Assembly: GCA_013265495.1 (NCBI GenBank)
Contig: MU058289.1
Coordinates: 2,167,451-2,231,450 of the forward strand
Direction: 5' to 3'
Source of the DNA: Vicugna vicugna
Taxonomy: Eukaryota
Length of the DNA stretch: 64,000 bases
Within the stretch, counting starts at the first letter, position 1; each line of letters begins with the position of its first letter. Positions 47,642-58,349 of the stretch are shown piece by piece. The notes beneath the pieces are model-generated. The model saw only the letters and a list, made by a program, of their open reading frames with translations, was not told the DNA's origin and ran no database searches. Made by a program: the position numbers and the translations under genes.

Positions 47642-50600
47642 TAGGGTGTCATGGGACAGGCAGGGTGAGGAGGAATGGGGCCCCAGCAAGGCCCACTGCT
47701 CCTCCTTCCCCTGCACCCACTGGTTGGTCCTGGCCCAGGTCACTGCCATGATGCCCCCCCCCCTTGCCCAAGGGCCCTGGTCAGGGCTTGGGATATTTCC
47801 ATGAGTGTGCCTCCCCGGTGGCTGGACCTGGTGTGGGATGGGCGTGCTCTGCAGAGCCCTGGGCTGTGCGTGGTGGGCAGCCCCTACCCGAGAAGGTGGT
47901 AGATGGTCAGTGTGCAGTGCATGGGGTCCCCACAGGGCAGCAGGAGCCCAAAGCTGGGTCTTAGTGATGGAGCTGGCACTGCACTCGTCATGTCCTCCTG
48001 CCTCTGGCTTCACTCAGACAGGGGTGGTGAGGCTCCACCAGCTGGTGGCTGGCCCTGGTCTCTCCTGGGACTAGCCGAGCACAGTGCCCCTCATGAGTGC
48101 TGCCCCTGCACCCTCCCTAGTACAACCTCTGCCACCCAGACCCCTGGTCCAGCACACCCCTGTGGCCTCCTTGTCTCCAGGAGGCATCCTTGGCAGGGAA
48201 GGGAGGCTTGTGTGGGCATCTCCAGACCAGGCTTCCCGCACCTTGCCCCCACCTACTGACTGACCTTTGAAAGGACCACCCAGACGGTGCTTGCAGCTTT
48301 GGGAGGCCCTGCCGGGCAGGTGGCTGCAGCCTCCCCAGGACCAGTGGGTGGGGGTGAGCCCGGCCCTGCCGCCTGGCCTGGTGCCCACAGTGCAGGGGGC
48401 GGATTATGCAATCAGTGCACGCCCTGGGGCCCACCAGCCAGTTAGCCAAGACTAGGCTTGGCCTGTTAGCTGCAGGGTATTTTGAAAGCTCTAAGACGAT
48501 TTTGGGGGGCAGGGAAATTGCTCAAGAGAAGCTTTATTATTCAATTATTTTTTCCTCAAGTGTAAACAGTTAAATTTGGAGAAACAAAATCAGTTTTAAT
48601 TTCCTAATTTCTCTCCATCACATTGTGTGCAGGGAGCCAAGAGCAGGGCCTTCCAGACATTGTTAACGGAGGTTCGTTATTCATTAGTCGCCAAAGCACT
48701 TTTTTTTCCACCAGAGAAAATTGGCAGCAAACTGTTTTCATCTTTTCCAGTAAGCAGCCCTTTGTGCTCACAGAGTCTATTCTTCTGACAGATAAACATT
48801 GTGGAAAAAATATGGCTTTTCCTATAAAAGTCATTTGTTTTATTTCAGGCCTACAGACACATCTGGGTCTCCTCTGCTCGGAGCCCAGGATAGTCGAGCC
48901 CCCGTCAAGCCCGAGCCCAGGCAGAAGCCAGCGCACACCCAGTGTGGGCAAGCGCCCCCACCCCCAGCAAGGCTGCAGTCCCTGGGCTGAGGGGCTGGGG
49001 GCTTGGCCTCTCCCCTTTGTGGGGTCTTCACCCCATCCTTCTCCCAGCCCTGCTTTGGCCATTCTTGGTGGTTCCCGAGAGCTGGTGCTCTGATGGGGTC
49101 ACGGGCAGGCAACTAGGACAGACATCTTCCTGTGCCCCCCGAGGATCCCTTCCATTCTCTCCTCACCTGCAGTTTGAGTAGTGGCCCTGAAATCTGGAGG
49201 GAAGCCTGTCTGTACAAGTTTGGGCAAACCCCTCACCTTCAATGCACACCGCCGCAGCAGCTCAGCGCATTGTGACCCAGAGGGACGGGGAGACCACTCG
49301 TCAGGTCTCATCAGGTCTCCACCTCCGCCAGGCCCCTGGCTTTAACCCTGGAGTGGAGAGAAGGGGAGGGACAGGGAGGGGCTGCCCAAGGGCAGGCGCA
49401 GGCTTCAGATGGCAGGAGACAGGCCCCCACCCCACCCCACAAACACCTCTCACCTGAGCACAGAGAATCATCCCAGACCCTGCCCTTTTGTGTCCCCTGC
49501 CCTCCTACCTAACCCCTCCAGGCAGATAGCGTTGTGGGGTCAGGTGCCACACCAGATGGGTGTCTGTGCTCCAAGCATGACCCATCAGGATTCACAGGCC
49601 CTGCTGTCCCCTCATCACGTCCATCCTGCCTGGCTCACACCAGCTCAGGGTTCCACGTGGCCGTGCACACCAGTTTCTACGAGCCCTGCTGTCTTTGCCC
49701 ACATGGAATCAGGGACCCAGCCTTCCCTGCTGTGCCCAGCCATGGATGCAGGCTGAGCCAGCCCATTTCTGGTTACCTTACATGAACCACTAATTGAAGT
49801 CTGATGTTCTTGGCCCCCAAACAGTCAGAAACGACAGCTCCATCTCCAGCAGCTGAGCTTCCAGGGAAGAGCTGGGAGCCGGGCAAGGCAAGCTCAGAGC
49901 CCGACCAGAAAGCTTGCCTGCTGCCCACTGGCTCACAGGCCTTGGCCGAGGGCCGGGTGGTACCTCAGGGACCTGAGGAGGGCAGGGAAATTTGTGCAAG
50001 TGTCCTAGGCACCACCTGCCCTCGCAGCCCTGTCGGCCACACCCTTGTGGGTGTTGGGGAGGGGCTGCCTCTGCAGGGCTGAGCTGGTCTCCAAGGCTCC
50101 GTGGGGGCCCAGCACGTGGGCATGGCATGGAGCCGCCACGTGCGCCTCCCTGGGGCCACGCCCCCAGGCCATGCAGACGGGGTGAGCGTGCGTTTGTGTG
50201 TACACACGCCAGAGCTAGTGCCGGCAGGCCCATCGTGCTGACAGCACCTGTCCCTTCTCCTGGAAGGCCACTCGGAAAACCTGGGACTTGGCGTAGGGGG
50301 GACCAGGCCCAGCGCTCCTGGGGCTGGTTTCCACTTGAGCTGCCTGAAGAAAAGAGGCAGCCTGGGAAGCCCCGCAGCCTCCGTAAGAGCTTTTTTGGCT
50401 TCACAGGTTTGGCTTCTACTGTTCCCCCAGCAGGGAGAGGGCCTGGGTGAGGCAGCCAGACCCCCAACCAGCCCCGTGGGCCAGCAGGGGCAGCTCGCCC
50501 TGGGTGTGCACACGTGGGCGTCCACCGGGCACAGTTCTGAGGGTAACAAGGGGCAGGGGCAGGAAAAATCTGGGGGCCATGCAGAGAGCGAGCGGTCTTA

Positions 50601-50803
50601 TCCAAGTGCCATGAACAGCACAGCACGGCTGCTGGGCTGGAGACCCTCCTGGTCTCAGAGCTCCCTGCAGCTCCAGGGGGACCCACAGGGCTCAAGCCAA
50701 CCCCCACAGCGGATGCCCGCACACGGGCTGGGCCGAGGAGGGCTGCTCTGTGCCCGCATGTCTCTGCCCCTCCTGGGTCCTGGTCACTTTCTTCCCCCAC
50801 CAG

Positions 50804-50995
50804 GGTGTGGAGCGCATCGATGAGCCCGGCCTGCGGAGCCTGCGCACCGCCCGGCAGCTGGAGCCAGGCATGGTGCTCACTGTGGAGCCTGGCATTTACT
50901 TCATCGACCACCTCCTGGACGAGGCCCTGGCTGACCCGGCCCGCGCCTGCTTCTTTAACCGCGAGGTCCTGCAGCGCTTCCGTGGTTTTGGTGGG
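50804..50995 (+). CDS. PEPD: PEPD coding exon (human exon 14), 192 nt
   Basis: Acceptor cttcccccaccag|, donor GGG|gtgagt. Translates [64 protein letters not shown], including Arg398 and Glu412. Confidence 0.98.
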
Positions 50996-51383
50996 GTGAG
51001 TGCAGATGGGCCCTGTGTCCTTGCTCCCATACCACCACCCACTCCAAATTCAGCCTGTCACCTCTTTGTTCCTCAGGACAGGAGGTACAATCTTGACTTC
51101 CTCACTTGAGAAGGACCTGGTCTACCCTATCTCATGGTCTGTCACCTGACAGGTGCCTTACCCCTCAACCCGAGGCAGATTCTACAAAACCCCTGTCCAC
51201 TCCAGGGCCTCCCATCCACCTGGCCGGGGCAAGGTCAGGGTGGGCAGGTAGCGGGAGCAGTGCTGACTGCTCCTGAGAAAAGGCTCCTCCCACTCAGCGG
51301 GGTCAGCCTGGAGCTGCGGGGTCGGACCCTGTACTTAGCGCATGAGTCCAGCTCCGAAATGAGTGTCCATTGGTCTGACCCAG

Positions 51384-51521
51384 GTCCGGATCGAGGAGGA
51401 CGTCGTGGTGACTGGCAGTGGCATGGAGCTGCTGACCTGCGTGCCCCGCACGGTGGAGGAGATCGAAGCATGCATGGCAGGCCGTGACAAGGCCTTTGCC
51501 CCCTTCTCTGGCCCAAAGTAG
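51384..51521 (+). CDS. PEPD: PEPD last coding exon (human exon 15), 138 nt to the stop codon
   Basis: Acceptor ctgacccag|. Translates [45 protein letters not shown], with TAG at 51519-51521 and Glu452 present. The six exons sum to 811 nt, as expected for c.672-1482. Confidence 0.98.
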   Translation, partial: VRIEEDVVVTGSGMELLTCVPRTVEEIEACMAGRDKAFAPFSGPK

Positions 51522-51901
51522 AGCCGGCGGGCGTGCCCAGGAGGGGACTGGCACGGCCGCAAGCTTTCTTCATGGCAGGCGGCCTGCTAACTGGGCCCTT
51601 CAGCGGTGAGAGTCAGTACTCAGAAATCACATGCGGTTTGATCACACCAAACAGTTCTGTTTCCTAGAGACAAGCTTTTTTTATTAACCTTCTGCGGGAT
51701 CACACCCTTAGTGTGTTATTACTTTGCTTATATGACAGTGGCTTTTAAAATGCTCACTTTCAGTTATCCTGTTCCTTATTTTCAGTAATCCTGTTCTTTA
51801 CCAGCAACTGAACGAGTGTCTTTGTCATTTGTATTCTCTGCTCAGGAAAGGTGTGTTTCCGGTGTTTTCTTTCAAAAATCAATACACAGAATGGAATTTG
51901 C

Positions 51902-51907
51902 AATAAA
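51902..51907 (+). terminator. PEPD: PEPD polyadenylation signal AATAAA (3' UTR ~51522-51925)
   Basis: First canonical AATAAA after the stop codon, ~380 nt downstream, followed by ggtttcctgaaaatggtcctctgtg. This agrees with the short human PEPD 3' UTR as I recall it. Confidence 0.8.
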
Positions 51908-53384
51908 AGGTTTCCTGAAAATGGTCCTCTGTGCCTGGCTCCCTCTCTCTTCTTTATCCCTTTGCAGATGAGCACTGCGTGCTCAGACCTGGAAACTGAC
52001 CCTGTGGAGATGCTGGGGGCCTGGGAACTTGGTTCTGCACACATCAAAAGGGGGACCACAGAGTAAGAAGCCTTTCAAAGCTGGCTTTCCAAAGGGGGCA
52101 GAATTATAGCGTACTTGAGGCACAGTTATTTAAAATTTGAGACTTGCAGATTCCTTGCCCTTGATTTCCTTTTCATGCAGGACATGATAGCGAAGCCAGT
52201 GTCTGTTTGAGAGAGACTGCCACCTAAGGCAGCACCATGGCAAAGGTGAGCTTTCCCATTTGCCAAGTCTGTCTGTGGCCCCCAAGTGTAGGCCCAGTGA
52301 CCAAACTCCACTCTGAGGCAGCAGGGCCATCCAGGGCCAGCTGGGCCTGGTCCCTGCCAGTAGCAGGACACCTGCCCTACCTCTGCTTGCCCAGTCCTCC
52401 CCGGTCCCACAGAACTGCCTCCATCCTTGCAGCGGCTTCTAGAATTCTGCACAGCATTCCAGGTTTGTCTCTGCACAGGGCTCTCTCATCCAGGAGTTTC
52501 CCAGTCAAGGTGAAGGACAAGTCAGAAGGACAGACATCAGAGATGAAAACTTGATACGGTGGGAAACTCTGTAGCCCAAGCCAGAGTATCTTTTGTCACT
52601 GAAGAGTTTGGTACAAATTGATTTCTTCCTATGGCAATAATACAAAAGTGCTTGTGATGTGGCCACATTAAAATAAAGTAATAGTAGGTGCAAATCACCA
52701 TTTATATTTTTTGCTTCATAGATTTATTACAACCATTTTTGAAGGTTTCCAGCTGGCGCACAGATATAGTCCCTAAGTTATTCATGATATTGAACAAATT
52801 GAGTAATGATCGTCTTTCTGAGGACTGGGAGTCTGAGTTCACCAAATACTTCTCTACCCCAGCCATATCTGTGATAGACATGTTCTAGTGCACAGGGTTT
52901 CAATTTTCCCCACCCCCAGGATAAAACCAGGTATGGTCAGGTTGAAATTCTAAGTGGACAGTTGAGTTGTGTTAACTTAAAAACAGCTGAGCATATCACA
53001 CATCTCCCTCCTTCCTCTCCTTTAGACATTTTATACCAAAACTGACCATTTCACATAAATGTTTGCTCTCATTATCAAGGAAGTAGATAAAAAGGAACAA
53101 GTAGAAATCTCAGTAACTAAATGCTTTGTCCAAGAGGGACACTGGGAACGGAATTGGCTGGTTGAGCCCAGCTGGGTAAAACAAAGGGCATTCTTCGCAG
53201 GTACAGGACTGGGGCGGGGGGGGAGCAGCAGCTCCCTACTCTTCCGCATGTTCCAGGGGATGTATCCAACTCCTGACTCTCCAACTTCTGCAGAAATTTG
53301 TACAGCTTCAGAAATACATCAGAGACCCTTCCAAAGAAAGCTGCACCGTGCCAAAAGCCTTCCTGAAACCCAGGAAAGGTCTAG

Positions 53385-53460
53385 CTAGTTATTCAATAAA
53401 TGAGCATCTCCTACGTGCCAGTGTGGTATAAAAACGTGATCCCTGCACTCAGAGCCTGGA
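53385..53460 (-). mobile_element. L2 3' end fragment
   Basis: ttattcaataaatgagcatctcctacgtgccag...gatccctgcactcagag. Confidence 0.5.
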
Positions 53461-54929
53461 TTCTCCTGAGAGTCTTCCCCTTAGGCAAACAGGTACCAAT
53501 AGATCATCTCAAACATTGGAAAGTGCCACGAAGGAAAGTAACAGATTTGACCTTGTCTAGAAAGCCAGGGGGCTGAGTCAGGAAGGGTGGAAAGTGAAAA
53601 GCAAGAGGAGTTCTGGACATTAGGAGCTGTCCTAAGGTGGCCGGCCCTAGGGTAAAAAGAGCTGGGACAAACCCTGCAGCCAAAGTGAAGTGATGTGGGA
53701 GAGAATGGAGGGCAAGGAAGGCAGCAAGAGCAAGTGGAGCCATGTCCTGGGGAGACTGGGCCTCACCCTGAGTGCACTGGGGTTCAGAAGGTTCTGGAGA
53801 ACATGCAATGGTCCAGGGAGACCAAAGCCAGGCAAGAGAGGGTGATGGCTCTGCAGAAGGTAGGGGAGGTGAAGCAGACCTCAGGAGATTCATTTAGGAG
53901 GTACAGCTGAATGAAAGGCAGTGGCGTGCAAAGGCATCTGGCAGTAATAGCTGCCACAGAGGAAGCGGCAAGACTTGGTAACTGGGCTGCAAAAAGGTGT
54001 GAGAGTGATTGCCTCACTTAACTCCGTTCTCTTCTAAGCCTGGTTCCCGACACCACTGCGTAACCTTCAGGTCTGGAACTCTGGGAGGAGTAGGGCTGTG
54101 GCAGTAAAAGAATATTCAGGGATGGTATTCTCCTCTGAGTACACATAAAATGCATATGAACTCCTCAGATACTCCACAGGTAGCCAAAGAGCAGTACGTC
54201 TAAAGTGCTTTTATTAAAAAAGAGCTGGCACCTTCACAAATCTCTATATAAAATTCCCTTATGTTATTAGATTCTAAATTACAACCAATTTATGAAAATG
54301 AAATGGGACATATTACCCACAGAAATAATCACCGTACTCTAATTTTCATTAAGATGCAGTCAGCAGACGTCTACTTCTCAAGACATGAGAATAACTGAAG
54401 GATCACAGAAGACAACTATCTAAATGACATCTTCCCTAAAACACTCAGATCAGCTCCTCGGACTCACACGTTCTATGGCACCAGTACATGAAGACAATGT
54501 CCATACACTACAGGTTGTGCTTTTAGGGGAAAGGCCTCACTTTGACCTTCCCATCTACTGCAGAGCCTAGAACTCATTTCCCACCACCCCGTGGGTGGAG
54601 ACCACACTGAAGACATGAAGCAGAACACCAGTCACTGCTGTCTGCATTCTGGTTTTTTACACTAGACCAGGTGACACGGACAATAACTAAAGAGGCACTC
54701 TGAATTCAGAGAAAACTACGTTCCTATCACTAAGGGAAATCCAGCTGGGACAAAAGCACTTCTGCTTGCCCCCCGCCCCCACCACCGCCTCACCTCTGCC
54801 CTGGGCTGGGACTAAAAAGGCAGCAAGACATCTGCCTGGCTCCTCAGAGCTGGTTAACACTTGGACCACTTTCTTGGTATTGGACATAAAGAAACCCACA
54901 ATGAAATACAGTCATTATTCCAAAGTTTT

Positions 54930-54935
54930 TTTATT
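54930..54935 (-). terminator. CEBPG: Probable main CEBPG polyadenylation signal (AATAAA on the - strand), defining a ~3 kb 3' UTR
   Basis: tttatt on the + strand, followed on the - strand by GU/U-rich sequence (ctgtatttcattgtgggtttcttt). A ~3 kb 3' UTR agrees with the long CEBPG mRNA. Other minus-strand AATAAA copies exist at 54210 and 55312. Confidence 0.6.
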
Positions 54936-57902
54936 TCAAATTCATTGAAAGAAATAAAATTATATTTTAAAAAAATAGAGTAATCTCACAAACTGAGGAA
55001 AGCCAGGAACAAAAAGAACAAGGTAAGTACTTTTTCCTGAGAGGCAGCTCTAACAGCTGTAGAATGGACTTTCCTAGCTTTTGTCAAACAAAATTGTCTT
55101 CCTATTTCTAAGGCATCAAAAACACTGAGTACTTTAAAGGGGTTGTTTAGATACAAAGTCTCAAGACTTCTAATGGGGATTAAGAAACATCAAACGCCGC
55201 TACAATTTTCTTTCTTTTAATACCAAATATTAAATTATACATACTTCTACTTCCTTATGTAAATTTGAGAATTTCACACTCAAGACCTGAATTTCAGAAT
55301 TCTGGTCATATTTTATTAAAATCTTACTAATTCTTATTAAGAATGTCCAAATTATCTGAGCTCACATCCCCTTAACTAAGAGGGGCCAGACAGCAGGAAG
55401 GGCTGTTCTGAACTCACCATCTGCAGCCAAAACCAGTCAGAAAGTACTCATCCTGGAAGACTCAGACGCAGCTAGGAATTTATACTAAAGCCTAATTCCT
55501 AAACCACTAGACCTACCAGCAAAGGCAGATCATATCCTAATGTGTAACCTAGAGAACAAAAGTTACAGAAGTCATTTCAGTTCCCAAAGCTCTAAACTTA
55601 CCTATTCCCCATACTTGGTTACCCTCAATTTTATACTGATAAATCTATCAAACTAAAAACTTTCATTCCCAAACACGTCAGTAAGATAGTCAAGACAATG
55701 GTTAACATTTTTACTCTATGCATAAGTGACTGCTTGTGCTAGTTTTGATTTGCTTAAGTAAAAGCTTGAATCAATTTTTCCAAAAGTTACAATCTTATTT
55801 TGTTATTTGAAATAATGGAGTACATACCTTATGATCTCCCTAAAGCTTCTTGTCCAAGATAGTTAGGTCAATTCATATAATCGGTAACAATAAATTCTAT
55901 GAGACATCAATTTCTGAAAGACATTCTTTAGTAAATAGGAGATTAAAATGTCTGTAGCACCTCTTATAGATGCTTAAAGATTCAAGTGACCTAACTGCAT
56001 CTTGAATGAGGTGCCATTTAAGAGTCAGTAGGATTCTGTGGGTATCTCCTCCATAGTTATTTAAAGCATCTATCAACCTACAAGTAGATCGATACTCCAA
56101 ACATGCTGGACTCTAACAGAAACCCCTACCCTGTCTCCTGGCTCTATAGGGAGTTAACACTTCTGGGACAGTAGCTCTTACAGAACAATACTGGGCTCCT
56201 GTCACGTGCAGAAGGGACTCTTGGCCTTTAATAATGACTTTGTTGAGTTGCAGGACACCATGATGTCTCCTCCCACCCAAAAGAAGGGCACAGACAGCAC
56301 TCTTCCACCAACCAAAGGGTGCAACTTGACTTACATTGGTTACATTGTCCCAGGTCCTAGTATTAAACAACGTGACCCAAAATGTTCAAATGAGATAACT
56401 GGTAACACAAACTTTTTAAATCATGTGACTCCGTCTCTTATCACGAGCCCAGTCACCCCCCAAAAAAGAAAAACAGAAACACAGACATCAACAAACTTGA
56501 GCTAGATTTGTGCTTAAAAAAAAAAAAGTCAACAAGGACAATCAAAACTACCAACATAGATATATGCCAGACCCTAGAGATTCTTGTCTTTAGTGACTGC
56601 CATTTTTTTAGTCTCAACAAAAATGTCAATATCCTGAGTTTTATCAGTGTTTTCTTGCTAAAATAATTTATGGGACATAAATGCATATAAATGAATAAAA
56701 AGTGGTACAAAAGTCTGGAAGAACAGCCCACTACTTAGAAAAAGCAATGTCACAAAAACAATATACAAAGATGTGTTTAAGTGAAATAAATTAAAGGTTA
56801 AACCTTACACTTTCAAGTTTTCTTAGACTATTATTTTGGAAAATGGCAAAGTTGATGATGAATTTTTCTAATAATCAGTTGGTTAAGATCAAATACCAAA
56901 TGATCCTTCACAAGAATTTTTGCTTCCAGAAACCATGGCCCCAATGCAGTACATTTGATCACAGGAGAAACTACCAGCTGAAATTAATATTCAAACTCCT
57001 AATCTTGTATAGCCACAAACTGTTAAGAGGTTTTCGTTTACTAACTTGGCTGTCCAAATAGTACATCAAAGAAAAAAACTGCTTACTTTACTAGCATCGG
57101 CAGAAACTAAAATTTGGTACACAAGTTTCTCTAAACCTCTGAGTTGGTTTTTTTTTTTTTTTAATGAAACAAAATAATGCCAATTCTATACCGAAAAGGT
57201 ATCCCAAAAGTGTAATTCTAATATGCTTTGCTTTCATTTTTAAAAAACCTATTTGCTTCCTAAATGCTATTTACATTTTTAGGCCAACTGACTGCATACT
57301 GCTTTCAAAATGCATTGGGGTTTCCTTACTTCACTTGACATCGCTTTTCAAAAACTTGTATTTGTTGGGGAGAACAGTACTAATTATGCTAAAACAATGT
57401 TTAAGCTATACATAAAATCACTCCAAATTACAAAGTGATTGGTTTCTATAGCCCTAAGCATTTTTAATACATAATTTAGAAAAGTCACAAACAGATAAAC
57501 ATAGGCAACATTCAACTTTTCTTCAATTAACCACATCCGTTAAAACCAAGAACCTCCTGCAAGGCTTGCCAGTTTCCCATTCCTTTTGTCAACCTAAAAA
57601 AGAAACGTTTCTTGGAAAGTCAGAGTTTATTAAGAATAATGAGGTCTAGGGCAATTTTTTTTAACCATATGCTTTAAAATTTCTTTTTATCCCCACAAAA
57701 ATCCTTATTTAAAACCAGATATTCAAATTAAATGGCTAACATCTTTAGCTAATCAACTCTTCAGTGCTGATCCTAGAAAACAACCTTCAATGGATCTCTC
57801 AATAATGGAATAAGACAGTGTTCAGCCAATGATGCAAGGGGTGAAGGTAGTCACACCTTTAATGTTCAAGCCACAAGTTGTGAAGTTTGGAAGGGATGAG
57901 GT

Positions 57903-58349
57903 TTACTGTTCTGCATTATCAGAATTTGTCGTATTTTCAGTGCTACTGGGTTGCACGTTATCTGCAAGGTTGTGTGCATGCTCAAGAAACAAATCTTTTA
58001 GTACACTTAATTCCTTAGTCAGTAATTTAATTTTTGCTTCCAACCGTTCATTCTCTTCTTTGAGCTGATTCACTCTCTGCAGCGTATCCTGCGCTTTCTG
58101 CTTGCTTTTCAACCGGCTCTTTTTCACAGCCATGTTGTTCCTCTCTCTGCGTTGACGGTACTCATCACTGTTTCGATCCATGGGCGAACTCTTTTTGCTC
58201 TGCTTGCTAGGAGGCACAGCTTTGCCTCCGCCCCCAGGGCCGGCAGGCACCAGCTGAGGAACCTGCTGCAAGCCGCTGGCATGAGCCTGAGTATGAATGA
58301 CACTTCTTCCGTTCACTCCTGGAATACTGTTCTGCGATATCTTGCTCAT
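57903..58349 (-). CDS. CEBPG: CCAAT/enhancer-binding protein gamma, 148 aa, single coding exon
   Basis: MSKISQNSIPGVNG...DRNSDEYRQRRERNNMAVKKSRLKSKQKAQDTLQRVNQLKEENERLEAKIKLLTKELSVLKDLFLEHAHNL... is a C/EBP-type basic region and leucine zipper with no transactivation domain. ATG at 58349, TAA at 57905-57903. The ORF-track start at 58439 is a GTG. Confidence 0.98.
   Translation of the reverse strand: MSKISQNSIPGVNGRSVIHTQAHASGLQQVPQLVPAGPGGGGKAVPPSKQSKKSSPMDRNSDEYRQRRERNNMAVKKSRLKSKQKAQDTLQRVNQLKEENERLEAKIKLLTKELSVLKDLFLEHAHNLADNVQPSSTENTTNSDNAEQ

Noticed and set aside
49790-50911. 373-aa - strand ORF antisense to PEPD intron 13/exon 14
   Set aside because: Low-complexity composition and no family signature; best explained as a shadow ORF of GC-rich sequence and the exon.
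51630-51665. Small hairpin gtttg-atcacac-caaac in the PEPD 3' UTR
   Set aside because: A 5-bp stem is expected by chance and it does not match IRE, SECIS or histone stem-loop consensus.
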